Shown piece after piece: positions 19,400 through 29,809 of a stretch of 64,000 nt of DNA. Below the pieces are notes generated by a model. It saw nothing but the letters and a program-made list of their open reading frames with translations, was not told the origin of the DNA and ran no database searches. Made by a program: the position numbers and the translations under genes. The first letter of the stretch is position 1, and each line of letters begins with the position of its first letter. This DNA is from a virus (taxonomy: Duplodnaviria > Caudoviricetes): the IMG/VR virus record IMGVR_UViG_3300032312_001958. One strand, given 5' to 3'.

Positions 19400-19760
19400 A
19401 ATTGTATATGAAGGTGACACAGGAGTGTTCTTCAATAAAAAACAAGAGTTACTGTTGTTAACCATTATTAAAACTGAAAAGTCCCAAAAGAAAGAGATTG
19501 AACAGTTATATATTTACAAAAATAATTGTGATGACCAACTATTAAAAGAACAAAAACATTCTGAGGACTTAAATCGTGCGTTTACAAGTATGGAAACAGA
19601 GGCTAAAACACAAAGAGACAAGTACCAAGAAGAGGTTGTCAAACATACTGAGACTAAAATGAAACTTGAAAAACAAGAAGGTAAAGTAAAAACCTTTAGA
19701 AACATTGCAATTGCTGAGGGTATTGGTTTAATTGGTATACTTTTTTTAGTTTTACGTTGA
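19320..19760 (+). CDS. exported coiled-coil protein with hydrophobic C-terminus (spanin-partner-like)
   Basis: signal peptide; overlaps the previous gene by 80 nt. Confidence 0.5.
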   Translation: MLKKLVILASLILFNVTAFGQVLKPHRIVYEGDTGVFFNKKQELLLLTIIKTEKSQKKEIEQLYIYKNNCDDQLLKEQKHSEDLNRAFTSMETEAKTQRDKYQEEVVKHTETKMKLEKQEGKVKTFRNIAIAEGIGLIGILFLVLR

Positions 19761-19792
19761 TTATATAATCAATATTTCTTATTAATTCTTTT

Positions 19793-20770
19793 ATGAAAAT
19801 TTTAGTAACAGGTGGACTCGGTTTTATCGGGTCCAATTTTTTTAATCATATGAAAGAAAAATACCCAAACTATGAGTTGGTTATTTTAGATTCTGAAACA
19901 TATGCGTCAGATAAGAAAAATATTAAAGACCATTTTAGAACTAGAATTATAAGTTTTGATATTCTTGAAAGGGACAGACTATTCAAGTTTTTTGAAAATT
20001 ATAAATTTGATGTTGTGGTACATTTTGCGGCTGAATCACATGTAGATAATTCAATTAGTAATCCATTAAAATTTGTTAATACAAATATTGTTGGTACTAT
20101 AAATTTATTAGATGCTTCATTGAAAAATAACATTAAATTATTTTATCACATATCGACTGATGAAGTTTTTGGGCATCTTGGACCGACAGGTTCATTTGAT
20201 GAAAAAACATCCTACGACCCAAGAAGTCCATACTCAGCTTCAAAAGCATCGTCTGACCATTTTGTTAGGGCTTATTACCATACGTATAATTTACCGGTTA
20301 TCATTTCGAATTGTTCAAACAATTATGGACCAAATCAACATGATGAAAAATTCATACCTACTGTCATTAAAAAAGTATTGAAAGGGGAAAACATTCCAAT
20401 ATATGGTAATGGAACAAATGTTAGAGATTGGTTATTTGTAATGGACCATGTTGATGCTATTGATAGAATATTACATAATGGTAAAATTGGTGAAACTTAC
20501 TGTGTTGGCGGTGATAATGAAATAAGTAATATTAGATTAGCTAAAATAATTTGTGATAAAATTGATAATTTAAAAGATTGGGGACAAAATTCTCATGAGT
20601 TAATTACTTTTGTTGAAGATAGGAAAGGACATGATTTTAGGTACTCAATAGATTATTCAAAGTTAAAAAAGACACTTGCTTGGGAACCAAAAACTAATTT
20701 TAGTGATGGAATTGATATTACCATAGATTATTATGTTAAAAAATTTGGTGAAGAAAAAAATTTGAACTAA
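19793..20770 (+). CDS. rfbB: dTDP-glucose 4,6-dehydratase
   Basis: GGLGFIG, HFAAESHVD, STDEV, YSASK, NCSNNYGP, DRKGHD.RY. Confidence 0.95.
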   Translation: MKILVTGGLGFIGSNFFNHMKEKYPNYELVILDSETYASDKKNIKDHFRTRIISFDILERDRLFKFFENYKFDVVVHFAAESHVDNSISNPLKFVNTNIVGTINLLDASLKNNIKLFYHISTDEVFGHLGPTGSFDEKTSYDPRSPYSASKASSDHFVRAYYHTYNLPVIISNCSNNYGPNQHDEKFIPTVIKKVLKGENIPIYGNGTNVRDWLFVMDHVDAIDRILHNGKIGETYCVGGDNEISNIRLAKIICDKIDNLKDWGQNSHELITFVEDRKGHDFRYSIDYSKLKKTLAWEPKTNFSDGIDITIDYYVKKFGEEKNLN

Positions 20771-20978
20771 ATTTGTAAAAAAATAAAAATATGAAAGGAA
20801 GAACATCTTTAATGGATATCATTTTAGTTAGTGTTATTGGTTATTTTGTTTTGAGGTCAATTAAGTTACTCAAAAATGACCCAAATAATGCATCTGCAGA
20901 ATCCAACGTAATGAAAATGTTGGAAAAAATATCAGACAAAATTAAGTAAAATCAAAAAAAAAGTATTATCTTTGTAAT

Positions 20979-21185
20979 ATGAAACGAGGAATAAAACTAA
21001 TTCACCCTGATTTTGGGACTATAATTGATAAGGAGTTTTCGGACAAAATACAGTTCAAACTTTTTATGGATTTACTTAATTTATCATTAAACAATGATAG
21101 GGTGTTCAGTATATATGATGGTAAAGACGATTTATTCCACATCCCAAATTACATAGTTAAACAATCAATTATTTTTACTTACTAA
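20979..21185 (+). CDS. hypothetical protein
   Basis: ATG directly after TATCTTTG. Confidence 0.6.
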   Translation: MKRGIKLIHPDFGTIIDKEFSDKIQFKLFMDLLNLSLNNDRVFSIYDGKDDLFHIPNYIVKQSIIFTY

Positions 21186-21186
21186 T

Positions 21187-21624
21187 ATGAAAAATTTACT
21201 TTTTATTTTATTTGTTTTGGTTGGATTGACTTCATGTGTTAAAGATGAGGAATATAATACAAATATTTCTCCATATCAAAACTATGATGTAACTATTGAT
21301 GAAAGTCAAATGAATGTACCTGGATTTAGTAATACTACTTGGGTTATTACTCAAATAACGTACACTAATCTTATCTCTGAGGAAAGAACTGATACATTAA
21401 CATTTACTGTTCAAAATAACTACTCATTTAATAGTCAACCGTCTACGTACTATTTTTACTCAACTCCGTCCAACTATAAATTGGAATTATATGATACACC
21501 TTGGGGTAATTTAGTTGGTACGTTGTATAATTACAATATGAATTATGGTGTGATTGAAGGTTTAACATTTGTTGATTTGATGGATAACACTAAAACTTAT
21601 AAAGTTTGGATGTATAAATTGTAA
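21187..21624 (+). CDS. putative lipoprotein
   Basis: lipobox LTS-C. Confidence 0.7.
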   Translation: MKNLLFILFVLVGLTSCVKDEEYNTNISPYQNYDVTIDESQMNVPGFSNTTWVITQITYTNLISEERTDTLTFTVQNNYSFNSQPSTYYFYSTPSNYKLELYDTPWGNLVGTLYNYNMNYGVIEGLTFVDLMDNTKTYKVWMYKL

Positions 21625-21674
21625 AGTCTTTGTTTTACAAAGTGGTGGACTGACTCTATCCGAGTTGGGCTCTT

Positions 21675-21702
21675 ACGAAGGGTGTATTTTTACACCCTTC
21701 GT
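21675..21702. terminator. perfect hairpin, terminator-like
   Basis: ACGAAGGGTGTA-TTTT-TACACCCTTCGT. Confidence 0.6.
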
Positions 21703-21716
21703 TATATTTATATGAT

Positions 21717-22013
21717 ATGGCTAAAATTAAAATTACACAAAAACAATTAGATAAGATTAGAGAGTCTATCGGTACCAATCATGATGGAAACAAGATGACT
21801 AAACAACAATTGTTCACAATTGCGACTCTTGCTTATAAAATGTGGGAGAATCTATCTGATGACGACCAATTAGAAGATTGGATGACTTCAAAAGTTGCTC
21901 AGACCGAACAAAGTATAATTGCTGTCACTAAGGCTTATTTTTATGATGAGGTTGAGGAGAAGATTGATGGGATGAGAACTTTGAATCCTGGTGATATTGT
22001 TATTGGTCAATAA
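21717..22013 (+). CDS. hypothetical protein with KITxxQL leader
   Basis: MAKIKITQKQL; LEDWMTSKV motif. Confidence 0.65.
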   Translation: MAKIKITQKQLDKIRESIGTNHDGNKMTKQQLFTIATLAYKMWENLSDDDQLEDWMTSKVAQTEQSIIAVTKAYFYDEVEEKIDGMRTLNPGDIVIGQ

Positions 22014-22049
22014 TTTGATTCTTCACTAATTCCGCATTATCTTTGTGGG

Positions 22050-22277
22050 GTGAAGAAGTATATCCACGTAAATCAACACAAAATAAGGGATAACAAAAAG
22101 AACAATACGTTAGACCCTGTTATTACTATTAAAGAAGGTAGAACGAACACTTATTGTTCTGAGGTTGAAATCTTGGGACCTAGTCGTGTTGTGTATGGTG
22201 GTAATGAAAAGACATTGTTGTCTTGTGGTGCTCGTGTGATAATTGAAACTGAATCTGAAATAAACATAATACGATGA
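22050..22277 (+). CDS. conserved hypothetical phage protein
   Basis: IHVNQH.IR.N..PVITIK..LSCGARV.IET. Confidence 0.75.
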   Translation: MKKYIHVNQHKIRDNKKNNTLDPVITIKEGRTNTYCSEVEILGPSRVVYGGNEKTLLSCGARVIIETESEINIIR

Positions 22278-22370
22278 ATAGAAAAACTAATGAAACTGAT
22301 TTGACAGGTTTGGTAATAATGATTATTATTTTTACAATTACACTTTTTGTAACTTTATTCTCAGTTTAAT

Positions 22371-22868
22371 ATGGCAACACTTGAATCACAATATTGGAAT
22401 TTTTTAGAAAAAAATCCAAAATCTACTCTTACATTTGAGGAGTGGAAACAAAAATGGGCGGACGATATGAAACCCATATTTGAGAAATTAAATAACCCTC
22501 CAATTGAATGGAACCTATATCAGAGATACGCTGATAGTTTTATAGGTCACGAAGACATCCCAAGTTTTGAATGGTTTAAACACGAACTGGAACACAACGA
22601 AGAGTTCAGGGAGAAGTATGGGGATAAGGACTCAATATATTGTCCTGTATGTTCGGGATGTGGTGAAGATGGTTGTTGTAAGGCAACAATGTGTCAAATG
22701 AGTCCTGATGGGAGTTATTGTGAAACTTACTTAAAAGATTTGAAGGTTGCTTATTATATGTATGATTGGTTTATGGAAAATGTGTATGATACATTAACCG
22801 AAGAACAGAAGGAAAAATCTGATGAGGCTTACGAACAAATACTAGATAAAGTATATGGAGAAAATTGA
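22371..22868 (+). CDS. hypothetical protein with Cys cluster
   Basis: CPVCSGCGEDGCC..C...C. Confidence 0.65.
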   Translation: MATLESQYWNFLEKNPKSTLTFEEWKQKWADDMKPIFEKLNNPPIEWNLYQRYADSFIGHEDIPSFEWFKHELEHNEEFREKYGDKDSIYCPVCSGCGEDGCCKATMCQMSPDGSYCETYLKDLKVAYYMYDWFMENVYDTLTEEQKEKSDEAYEQILDKVYGEN

Positions 22869-23097
22869 TAAACTACACGACGAACTTGAAAAGTTTGAAA
22901 TGGTTCGTTATAGAATGGATAATGAGGGTTTCCATTATTGTTTCAAAAACTATTCATCATTCAAAGAAGTTGAGGATGAAAAGTTCCACGAATTGAGAAG
23001 AAAGTATTTGGAGATATCTCACGAGCTTGAGGAGTATGTCAATTCAAAGATTAACATATTGAGAGATGAAATTGATGGATTGGAAGACATCATTTAA
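22855..23097 (+). CDS. hypothetical protein
   Basis: overlapping in-operon ORF. Confidence 0.6.
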   Translation: MEKIDKLHDELEKFEMVRYRMDNEGFHYCFKNYSSFKEVEDEKFHELRRKYLEISHELEEYVNSKINILRDEIDGLEDII

Positions 23098-23123
23098 ATA
23101 AGGAAAAAAAGAAATAGAAAGTT

Positions 23124-24428
23124 ATGAAAAACATTAAAATGATAATACCACGATTCGGTAATTTCACCAATGGATATTATGACATTAGAGGTATTATGTG
23201 GTTAGGTCGTCTAAATGGCATATGTACACGCTCAGACTACAACAATATAATTGAAGTCGGTAAATGGGTATGTTTACCAGAATACCATTTGAAAAAAGAT
23301 AAACAACCACAATTTTATAAATTAGAAATCATGGAACAAATAAATGTAAAAAATAATACCTTGGATAAACAATATCAAACATTACTCCAAACCATTTTAG
23401 ATTTTGGGGTGGAGAAGAAAGACCGAACTGGTACAGGAACCAAATCAATTTTTGGTTATACCATTCGTCATAATATGAAAGATGGATTTCCACTTCTTAC
23501 AACCAAGAAGATGGCTTGGAAAACTATGGTAACTGAATTACTATGGTTTTTAAGAGGTGATACCAACATCAAGTACCTTGTTGATAACAATTGTCATATT
23601 TGGGATGGTGATGCGTATAAGAGGTATTCGGTTATTGCTGGAGTATCAACCCAAGTTGAGACATTAACACAAGAAGAATTCATAAACAAAATCAAAACAG
23701 ATGATGAGTTTGCTTATAAGTGGGGTGATTTAGGTCCTGTGTATGGTGCACAATGGAGAAGTTGGCATTGGAGAAGTGAACCATTCCTACCAGAAGAAAA
23801 GGATATGATTTATACAACCGAAGATAAACCAGTAACTTGGTCAAAAGAAAAGTATATAGACCAAATCGCAAACCTAATCAACGACCTTAAAACAAACCCA
23901 GACTCAAGAAGAATGATGGTGAACTGCTGGAATGTAGGAGAACTGAACAAGATGGTGCTGCCACCTTGTCATTATGGATTTCAAGTTTATACAAGAGAGT
24001 TGAGTTTGGAGGAAAGATATGAGTTGATGAAAAAATTAGATAACTGGGTGTCAGTTCATTACAAAGAACCTAAAACAATGGAATATATGGATAAACATAA
24101 TATCCCAACCAGAGCAATCTCTTTAATGTGGAACCAAAGGTCGTGTGACGTTTTACTCGGAATCCCATTCAACATTGCTTCTTACGGGTTATTATTATTG
24201 ATGATTGCTGACGAAGTGAATATGGTTCCTGACGAATTGATTGGAAACTTAGGTGATACTCACATTTACCTAAATCATATTGAACAAGCGAAAGAACAGA
24301 TTGGTAGAGAACCATACGACTTACCAAAGGTTAGTGTTAGAGATGGTATCCATTGTTCATCTATTAATGATGTTATTTTGGAAAACTACCAATCACACCC
24401 ATCAATTAAAGCACCATTAAGTAATTAA
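23124..24428 (+). CDS. thyA: thymidylate synthase (core probably starts at 23331)
   Basis: DRTGTGT, FPLLTTK, ELLWFL, LGPVYG.QWR, LPPCH, QRSCD..LG.PFN.ASY, GD.HIY.NH. Confidence 0.95.
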   Translation: MKNIKMIIPRFGNFTNGYYDIRGIMWLGRLNGICTRSDYNNIIEVGKWVCLPEYHLKKDKQPQFYKLEIMEQINVKNNTLDKQYQTLLQTILDFGVEKKDRTGTGTKSIFGYTIRHNMKDGFPLLTTKKMAWKTMVTELLWFLRGDTNIKYLVDNNCHIWDGDAYKRYSVIAGVSTQVETLTQEEFINKIKTDDEFAYKWGDLGPVYGAQWRSWHWRSEPFLPEEKDMIYTTEDKPVTWSKEKYIDQIANLINDLKTNPDSRRMMVNCWNVGELNKMVLPPCHYGFQVYTRELSLEERYELMKKLDNWVSVHYKEPKTMEYMDKHNIPTRAISLMWNQRSCDVLLGIPFNIASYGLLLLMIADEVNMVPDELIGNLGDTHIYLNHIEQAKEQIGREPYDLPKVSVRDGIHCSSINDVILENYQSHPSIKAPLSN

Positions 24429-24431
24429 CCT

Positions 24432-24803
24432 ATGATATATATTTCATTTAAAAACAACAACAGTTTTAATCCCGACCTACACCAACAAATTTTTAATAAT
24501 CTTGACACTTCAATAGTGACATCATCAGATATTGAGGCTAAAACAACTTTTAAGGATAATCCAATTGGATATTTGGAATCAGTTATTAATGGTATTGATA
24601 AATTATTTTGTCTTCCATTTTCTGAAGGTGAAATAAGTTATTATAGTCAACAGGAGATAATGTTGGCGATGAGTAAAAATATAGAATGTTATTATGTTTC
24701 TTCAGTTTCTCCATTTAATTATGAACTCATAACTGATATTCAAAACTATACCGTTTTGGATTTAGAACAAACTACAATAAGAATTTCACAAGAATTAGGT
24801 TAA
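24432..24803 (+). CDS. hypothetical protein
   Basis: 123-aa ORF. Confidence 0.55.
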   Translation: MIYISFKNNNSFNPDLHQQIFNNLDTSIVTSSDIEAKTTFKDNPIGYLESVINGIDKLFCLPFSEGEISYYSQQEIMLAMSKNIECYYVSSVSPFNYELITDIQNYTVLDLEQTTIRISQELG

Positions 24804-24807
24804 AATT

Positions 24808-25002
24808 ATGGAAAATTTCACACACATATTAAATCGTATTAAAACTCAATTGGAAGATGTCAATTACGATAACGGAGATATGTCTGACATCGGAAATGAG
24901 ATTGGTGTAGTTCTTGGAGAGTTTATTACAACTGAAAGTGAATTACAAGATTTTATACACGGATTAAAACACGGAATATCTTTAAAAAATGGAACACACT
25001 GA
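24808..25002 (+). CDS. hypothetical protein
   Basis: in-operon ORF. Confidence 0.55.
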   Translation: MENFTHILNRIKTQLEDVNYDNGDMSDIGNEIGVVLGEFITTESELQDFIHGLKHGISLKNGTH

Positions 25003-25465
25003 TGATTTATGGTGTCAGTATTCTGATTTACCAAGCGTAATGTCTTACGATATGCCAAAAGAAAAGAAATACCCCGATAATGTTGTATGGAGTGAAGAAC
25101 GTGGATACTACGCTCACTTACTACCATACGCAACAAATGTCGGAGCTCCTGTGATTATTCCTGATAACATATCAACTTGGAAGAACGAGAAGATATTGAA
25201 GACAAACCACTACTTCAACAAGAAGTATGAGGAAATAAAGGAACAGTATAACAAATTGGTTGAGGAATTTGAATGGAACCAAATGGTTTATTCTTCAAAT
25301 TACAACTTTCAACCCATCATTGGTGAAAAATATTACTTGTATCGTAGAAATAATGGGGAAACTTTCTTATCTTTGATTACTCCAACTGAATGGAGACAAG
25401 AGTTCATTGGTGAGTTTGAGTTGGACTCTGATAATAAATGGAAAAAAATTGAATATGGACAATAA
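24989..25465 (+). CDS. DUF2452-like protein
   Basis: LLPYATNVGAP, F.P.IG..YYLY, FLSLI.P.EW. Confidence 0.7.
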   Translation: MEHTDDLWCQYSDLPSVMSYDMPKEKKYPDNVVWSEERGYYAHLLPYATNVGAPVIIPDNISTWKNEKILKTNHYFNKKYEEIKEQYNKLVEEFEWNQMVYSSNYNFQPIIGEKYYLYRRNNGETFLSLITPTEWRQEFIGEFELDSDNKWKKIEYGQ

Positions 25466-25654
25466 TAATTGGGAAGTTAAATGGGTATCAAATGAAGTTG
25501 CCCGAGCACTTGACTACTGGACAAGACACAAGAATGAAAATATGTCATTGTATAAAGTTGAGGTTGGAGACAGAACAATCGCAATGGATGAAAAAATGAC
25601 AATCACTCCTGTTGTGTTAAACGGCAAGAGAATAAAGATTACAATCACAGAAGA

Positions 25655-26539
25655 ATGAAAGGAATAATTTTAGCTGGAGGTTCGGGGACAAGATTACACC
25701 CGCTCACATTATCGGTGACCAAACAACTGTTACCAGTGTATGATAAGCCAATGATTTATTATCCACTTGCTACATTAATGTCAATGGGTATAAATGATAT
25801 TCTTATCATATCCACACCACAAGATAAACCATTATTCCAAAATCTATTGGGTAATGGAAGTCAGTGGGGAATTAGTTTAAGTTATGAGATTCAAGAGAAC
25901 CCCAATGGACTTGCTGAAGCATTTATAATCGGTGAGAAGTTCATTGGTGATGATTCGGTTTGTTTAATTCTTGGTGACAATATTTTCTATGGTATTGATA
26001 CCGATAAGGTAAAGGAACAGATTAAGAAATTGAGTAGAGAAATAGTTGTTGGAGCATTAGTATTTGGTTATCAGGTTAATGACCCTGAAAGATATGGTGT
26101 ATTGTCTTTTGATAAGAAAGGGAATGTCACAGGTATTCAGGAAAAACCAAAGAAACCAAAGTCAAACTATGCGGTTCCAGGTTTATATTTCTTTGACAAT
26201 TCAGTAGTTAAAGTTGCGCATAATGTTAAACCGTCCGATAGAGGTGAACTTGAAATCACAGACGTTATTCAACATTATTTAAATTGGGAGTTGTTGAGTG
26301 TACATAAGTTACCACGAGGTGTTGCTTGGCTTGATACGGGGACATTTGAGTCATTAAATCAAGCTGGACAATATGTTGAGACCATTCAAGAAAGACAAGG
26401 TCTTATGGTTGGTTGTATTGAAGAGATTGCCTACAATAATGGGTGGATTGACGTTGGTCAGTTAGAGAAACATGCCGAGAAATACGCAAAGAATTCATAC
26501 GGAAAATATTTAAAAAAACTTTCAACAATCATTGAATAA
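25655..26539 (+). CDS. rfbA: glucose-1-phosphate thymidylyltransferase
   Basis: [44 protein letters not shown]. Confidence 0.95.
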   Translation: MKGIILAGGSGTRLHPLTLSVTKQLLPVYDKPMIYYPLATLMSMGINDILIISTPQDKPLFQNLLGNGSQWGISLSYEIQENPNGLAEAFIIGEKFIGDDSVCLILGDNIFYGIDTDKVKEQIKKLSREIVVGALVFGYQVNDPERYGVLSFDKKGNVTGIQEKPKKPKSNYAVPGLYFFDNSVVKVAHNVKPSDRGELEITDVIQHYLNWELLSVHKLPRGVAWLDTGTFESLNQAGQYVETIQERQGLMVGCIEEIAYNNGWIDVGQLEKHAEKYAKNSYGKYLKKLSTIIE

Positions 26540-26566
26540 AGTTACTACTTATGTTATCATTTCACT

Positions 26567-26875
26567 ATGAAAATTTTTAACTTTAATATCAGAAACAATG
26601 AAGTAAACTCTTATTTAAAATCTGTTTGGACTGACGAATCAATGCAACATAATAGTTATCGTCATCTCGGATTCTTTTCATCAAGACATTTAAGTGGAGT
26701 GTTCTATACCAGTAAAAAAACAGGTAAGAAATTAAAAAGTACAACATATAGTTTTGGTGTTGATTTAATATGGGTTAGATATTGGATTTCATTTGTGATT
26801 GCTAGTGACTACAAGTACGAGACCACAAAGAAAAAGAATAAAAAAAAATACATTTTAGACATTTATAACGATTAA
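26567..26875 (+). CDS. hypothetical protein
   Basis: 102-aa ORF. Confidence 0.5.
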   Translation: MKIFNFNIRNNEVNSYLKSVWTDESMQHNSYRHLGFFSSRHLSGVFYTSKKTGKKLKSTTYSFGVDLIWVRYWISFVIASDYKYETTKKKNKKKYILDIYND

Positions 26876-27054
26876 TATGAACAACGAAGAATTGGTTGAA
26901 GAATTGTTATGGGAATCCCACAATAGAGGTTTGGGTGTTGAAGTTTTGGATAAAGCCAAAGAATTTCAAACCACTATGAAATTAACTTGGGTCGATGCAG
27001 TGTCAAAGGCTTATGTTGAATTGGATGTAGAAAACTACGAAATTGATTAATGAT

Positions 27055-28074
27055 ATGATATATAAATTTGAATACATTTGGTTAGATGGTTATAACCCTG
27101 AACCGAATTTAAGAAGTAAAACAAAGGTAATTCAAACTGAAAGTGAACCTACTTTGGAGAACTTACCTATTTGGAGTTTTGATGGGTCATCAACCAAACA
27201 AGCTGAAGGTAACTATTCTGATTGTATGTTACAACCTGTTAAGATGATAAAGGACCCACAAAGGAAGAATTCATATTTGGTACTTTGTGAAGTATTAAAT
27301 TCTGATTTAACTCCACATCCATCTAACCACAGGTCACAATTAAAAGATGACTCAAATATGTGGGTTGGTTTTGAACAAGAGTACTTTATATATGATGGTG
27401 AACTACCATTGGGACATACCAAAGGTAATATGAAACCACAAGGTGAATACTATTGTGGTATTGGAACCGAAAATGTTTCAGGACGTAATATCGTTGAACA
27501 CCATTTGGATATTTGTTTAGCTGCAGGACTTAACGTTACAGGTATTAATGCTGAAGTAGCCCTTGGACAATGGGAGTTCCAAGTGATGGGTAAAGGAACG
27601 TTGGACTCTTGTGACCAATTGATATTCTGTCGTTACTTATTACAACGACTTGTTGAATCATATAGTGTAAGAGTTGATTATCGTCCAAAACCACTACACG
27701 GAGATTGGAATGGTTCAGGATTACATACAAACTTCTCAACCAAACATATGAGAGAAGTTGGTGGTAAACCATACTTTGATATGTTGTTCTTTGCAATGGA
27801 ACAAAATCATTCAAAACATATTGAGAACTATGGTTCTGATAATCAAATGAGATTAACAGGTAAACACGAAACCCAGTCTATTGAAAAATTTAGTTGGGGA
27901 GTTTCTGACAGAGGTTCATCAATTAGAGTTCCACAGACAACTAAAAAGAATAATTGGAAGGGTTATATTGAAGATAGAAGACCTGCGTCAAATGCCAATC
28001 CATATTTGATTATGAAATCAATCTCTGAAACCGTTAATATGGTTGAAATGAATTTTAAAATGGCTAACGTGTAA
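27055..28074 (+). CDS. glnA: glutamine synthetase, type II-like
   Basis: EYIWLDG, LRSKT, FDGSST.QA, GINAEV..GQWEFQ, DWNGSG.HTNFST, RLTG.HET, EDRRP; ~340 aa. Confidence 0.92.
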   Translation: MIYKFEYIWLDGYNPEPNLRSKTKVIQTESEPTLENLPIWSFDGSSTKQAEGNYSDCMLQPVKMIKDPQRKNSYLVLCEVLNSDLTPHPSNHRSQLKDDSNMWVGFEQEYFIYDGELPLGHTKGNMKPQGEYYCGIGTENVSGRNIVEHHLDICLAAGLNVTGINAEVALGQWEFQVMGKGTLDSCDQLIFCRYLLQRLVESYSVRVDYRPKPLHGDWNGSGLHTNFSTKHMREVGGKPYFDMLFFAMEQNHSKHIENYGSDNQMRLTGKHETQSIEKFSWGVSDRGSSIRVPQTTKKNNWKGYIEDRRPASNANPYLIMKSISETVNMVEMNFKMANV

Positions 28075-28517
28075 TGGAACTTATCACTACTTACATATGT
28101 AAAAAAAGTGATATTGGTGTTCACGACAATATGTTTGGTGGAACAATTATGTCATTGATTGATGACTCAGCCGCATCATATGCCACACAGATATGTGACA
28201 CTACTAAAATGGTAACGATTAAGATTGATGAGCTAATCTTTAAGAGTCCTGTTAAAATTGGTAGTTTACTTAAAATTTATGGTAAAGTTGAAAAGTTTGG
28301 CACAACATCAATTAAGTTGTATATTGAAGTTAGAAAACATAATGTATATACTGGTAAACAAGAGGCGGTAACTCAAACATTTATCACATTTGTAAGAATT
28401 GATGGTGATGGTAAAGCGATTCCAATTCATGAACACGTTAAAATACGGTATTACGACAGATTAGAAAAATATGGGAAGGGACTTCTATCTTTAGAAGAGA
28501 AAGAAAAAAATGATTAG
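28074..28517 (+). CDS. acyl-CoA thioesterase (hotdog fold)
   Basis: N.FGG.....D, VT...D...F..PV, G.TS, FV.ID..G. Confidence 0.85.
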   Translation: MELITTYICKKSDIGVHDNMFGGTIMSLIDDSAASYATQICDTTKMVTIKIDELIFKSPVKIGSLLKIYGKVEKFGTTSIKLYIEVRKHNVYTGKQEAVTQTFITFVRIDGDGKAIPIHEHVKIRYYDRLEKYGKGLLSLEEKEKND

Positions 28518-28815
28518 TGAGTTAAGACCTCAAGACATTTTGTATTTAAAATACATAAGGGACAAAGTTTTGGTAAAATATAGTTTACCACTTGATTGTG
28601 TTTCTATTGAGTTCATGGATGATGAGTTTTATAGATTGATTTTCCCAATGAGGAAATTCCCATTTGAAGTTTTTATGTATAGATATGAAATAATTGATAA
28701 ATTATACGAAGAATTAAAAAGTTTAACTGAGGTGTTCTCAACTAAACGACTACATTTTATGAAAGTATATGTAGATTACAGACCAAAAAATAAAAATTTA
28801 TTATATTTAATTTAA
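28510..28815 (+). CDS. hypothetical protein
   Basis: coupled ORF. Confidence 0.55.
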   Translation: MISELRPQDILYLKYIRDKVLVKYSLPLDCVSIEFMDDEFYRLIFPMRKFPFEVFMYRYEIIDKLYEELKSLTEVFSTKRLHFMKVYVDYRPKNKNLLYLI

Positions 28816-29588
28816 TGGAAAATGAAGAAAAAATAGAACTTCTTAAAAATAAAATAATTGCCTTCTTTTATAAAAAAGGGGTTGAAGAAGTTAATGTACA
28901 AAATAAAGTGATGATGTTAAATGGTACACTTAATTTTAATAACATATTAAAATTTGAAATTAATGGGATAGAATACCCATTACCACAAACATCTTTATTT
29001 AATTTGGAACTTGATTATGTAAAAAGTCAGTTTGGAGTTTTTACATTTGTTAATGTTTACGAATATGATTCTAATGGTAATCCTATTGAAAAATTAGTTT
29101 GTGAATTCATTTTAAAGGGTGAGGATAAAATAATTAATTCGGTAAATTCTGAATTGGCAAATGCTTTAGGTTTCTCAATACCCGTCACATTAAATTATGA
29201 GGACATTTTAAGAAAGTATTCAGTTGTTAAGATGGATGATACTATCAAATATAGACTGAATACTAACATAGGTAACGTTGTTACGATTAAAAATTTTCCA
29301 ATTAACGAACACAGTAATTGGTTTATTAAATCATTGAATAATGAATATCAGGTTAGAGAAACTATTTTAAATGGATTTTCGAGCATTATGTATTACCAAC
29401 TAATTGATGATAGTGAGGCGTTGAGATATAATTTCCAAACTTTTAATAATTCAGGTGTAAGAGAAATAATGTTAAATAATTTTGATTCCCCATCATTTTA
29501 TGGAGAGTTAACTAATGTTTGTCAGTTAGAACTAGAAGAACGTTTTTTAGGTAGAATTGATATGACTCAGTTATTGAAATTTAATTAA
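28815..29588 (+). CDS. hypothetical protein
   Basis: 257-aa ORF. Confidence 0.65.
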   Translation: MENEEKIELLKNKIIAFFYKKGVEEVNVQNKVMMLNGTLNFNNILKFEINGIEYPLPQTSLFNLELDYVKSQFGVFTFVNVYEYDSNGNPIEKLVCEFILKGEDKIINSVNSELANALGFSIPVTLNYEDILRKYSVVKMDDTIKYRLNTNIGNVVTIKNFPINEHSNWFIKSLNNEYQVRETILNGFSSIMYYQLIDDSEALRYNFQTFNNSGVREIMLNNFDSPSFYGELTNVCQLELEERFLGRIDMTQLLKFN

Positions 29589-29809
29589 TATGATTCATGA
29601 AGTATTGTCTATACTTTTTTGGGTTGTTTTGTGTAGATTAACAATAATTTCTTTTAAGAAAAAAAAACCTACTAATGAGGAAGAAGTTAATAGTTTTTTT
29701 GGTCATTTAATACTTACCACTGTCATCTATTTAATCATTAAGTGGTTATTTTACTGAGTTCTGTGTATTTATTTTATATGAAAAAAGTTTACAATACTGG
29801 TGTTGATTT

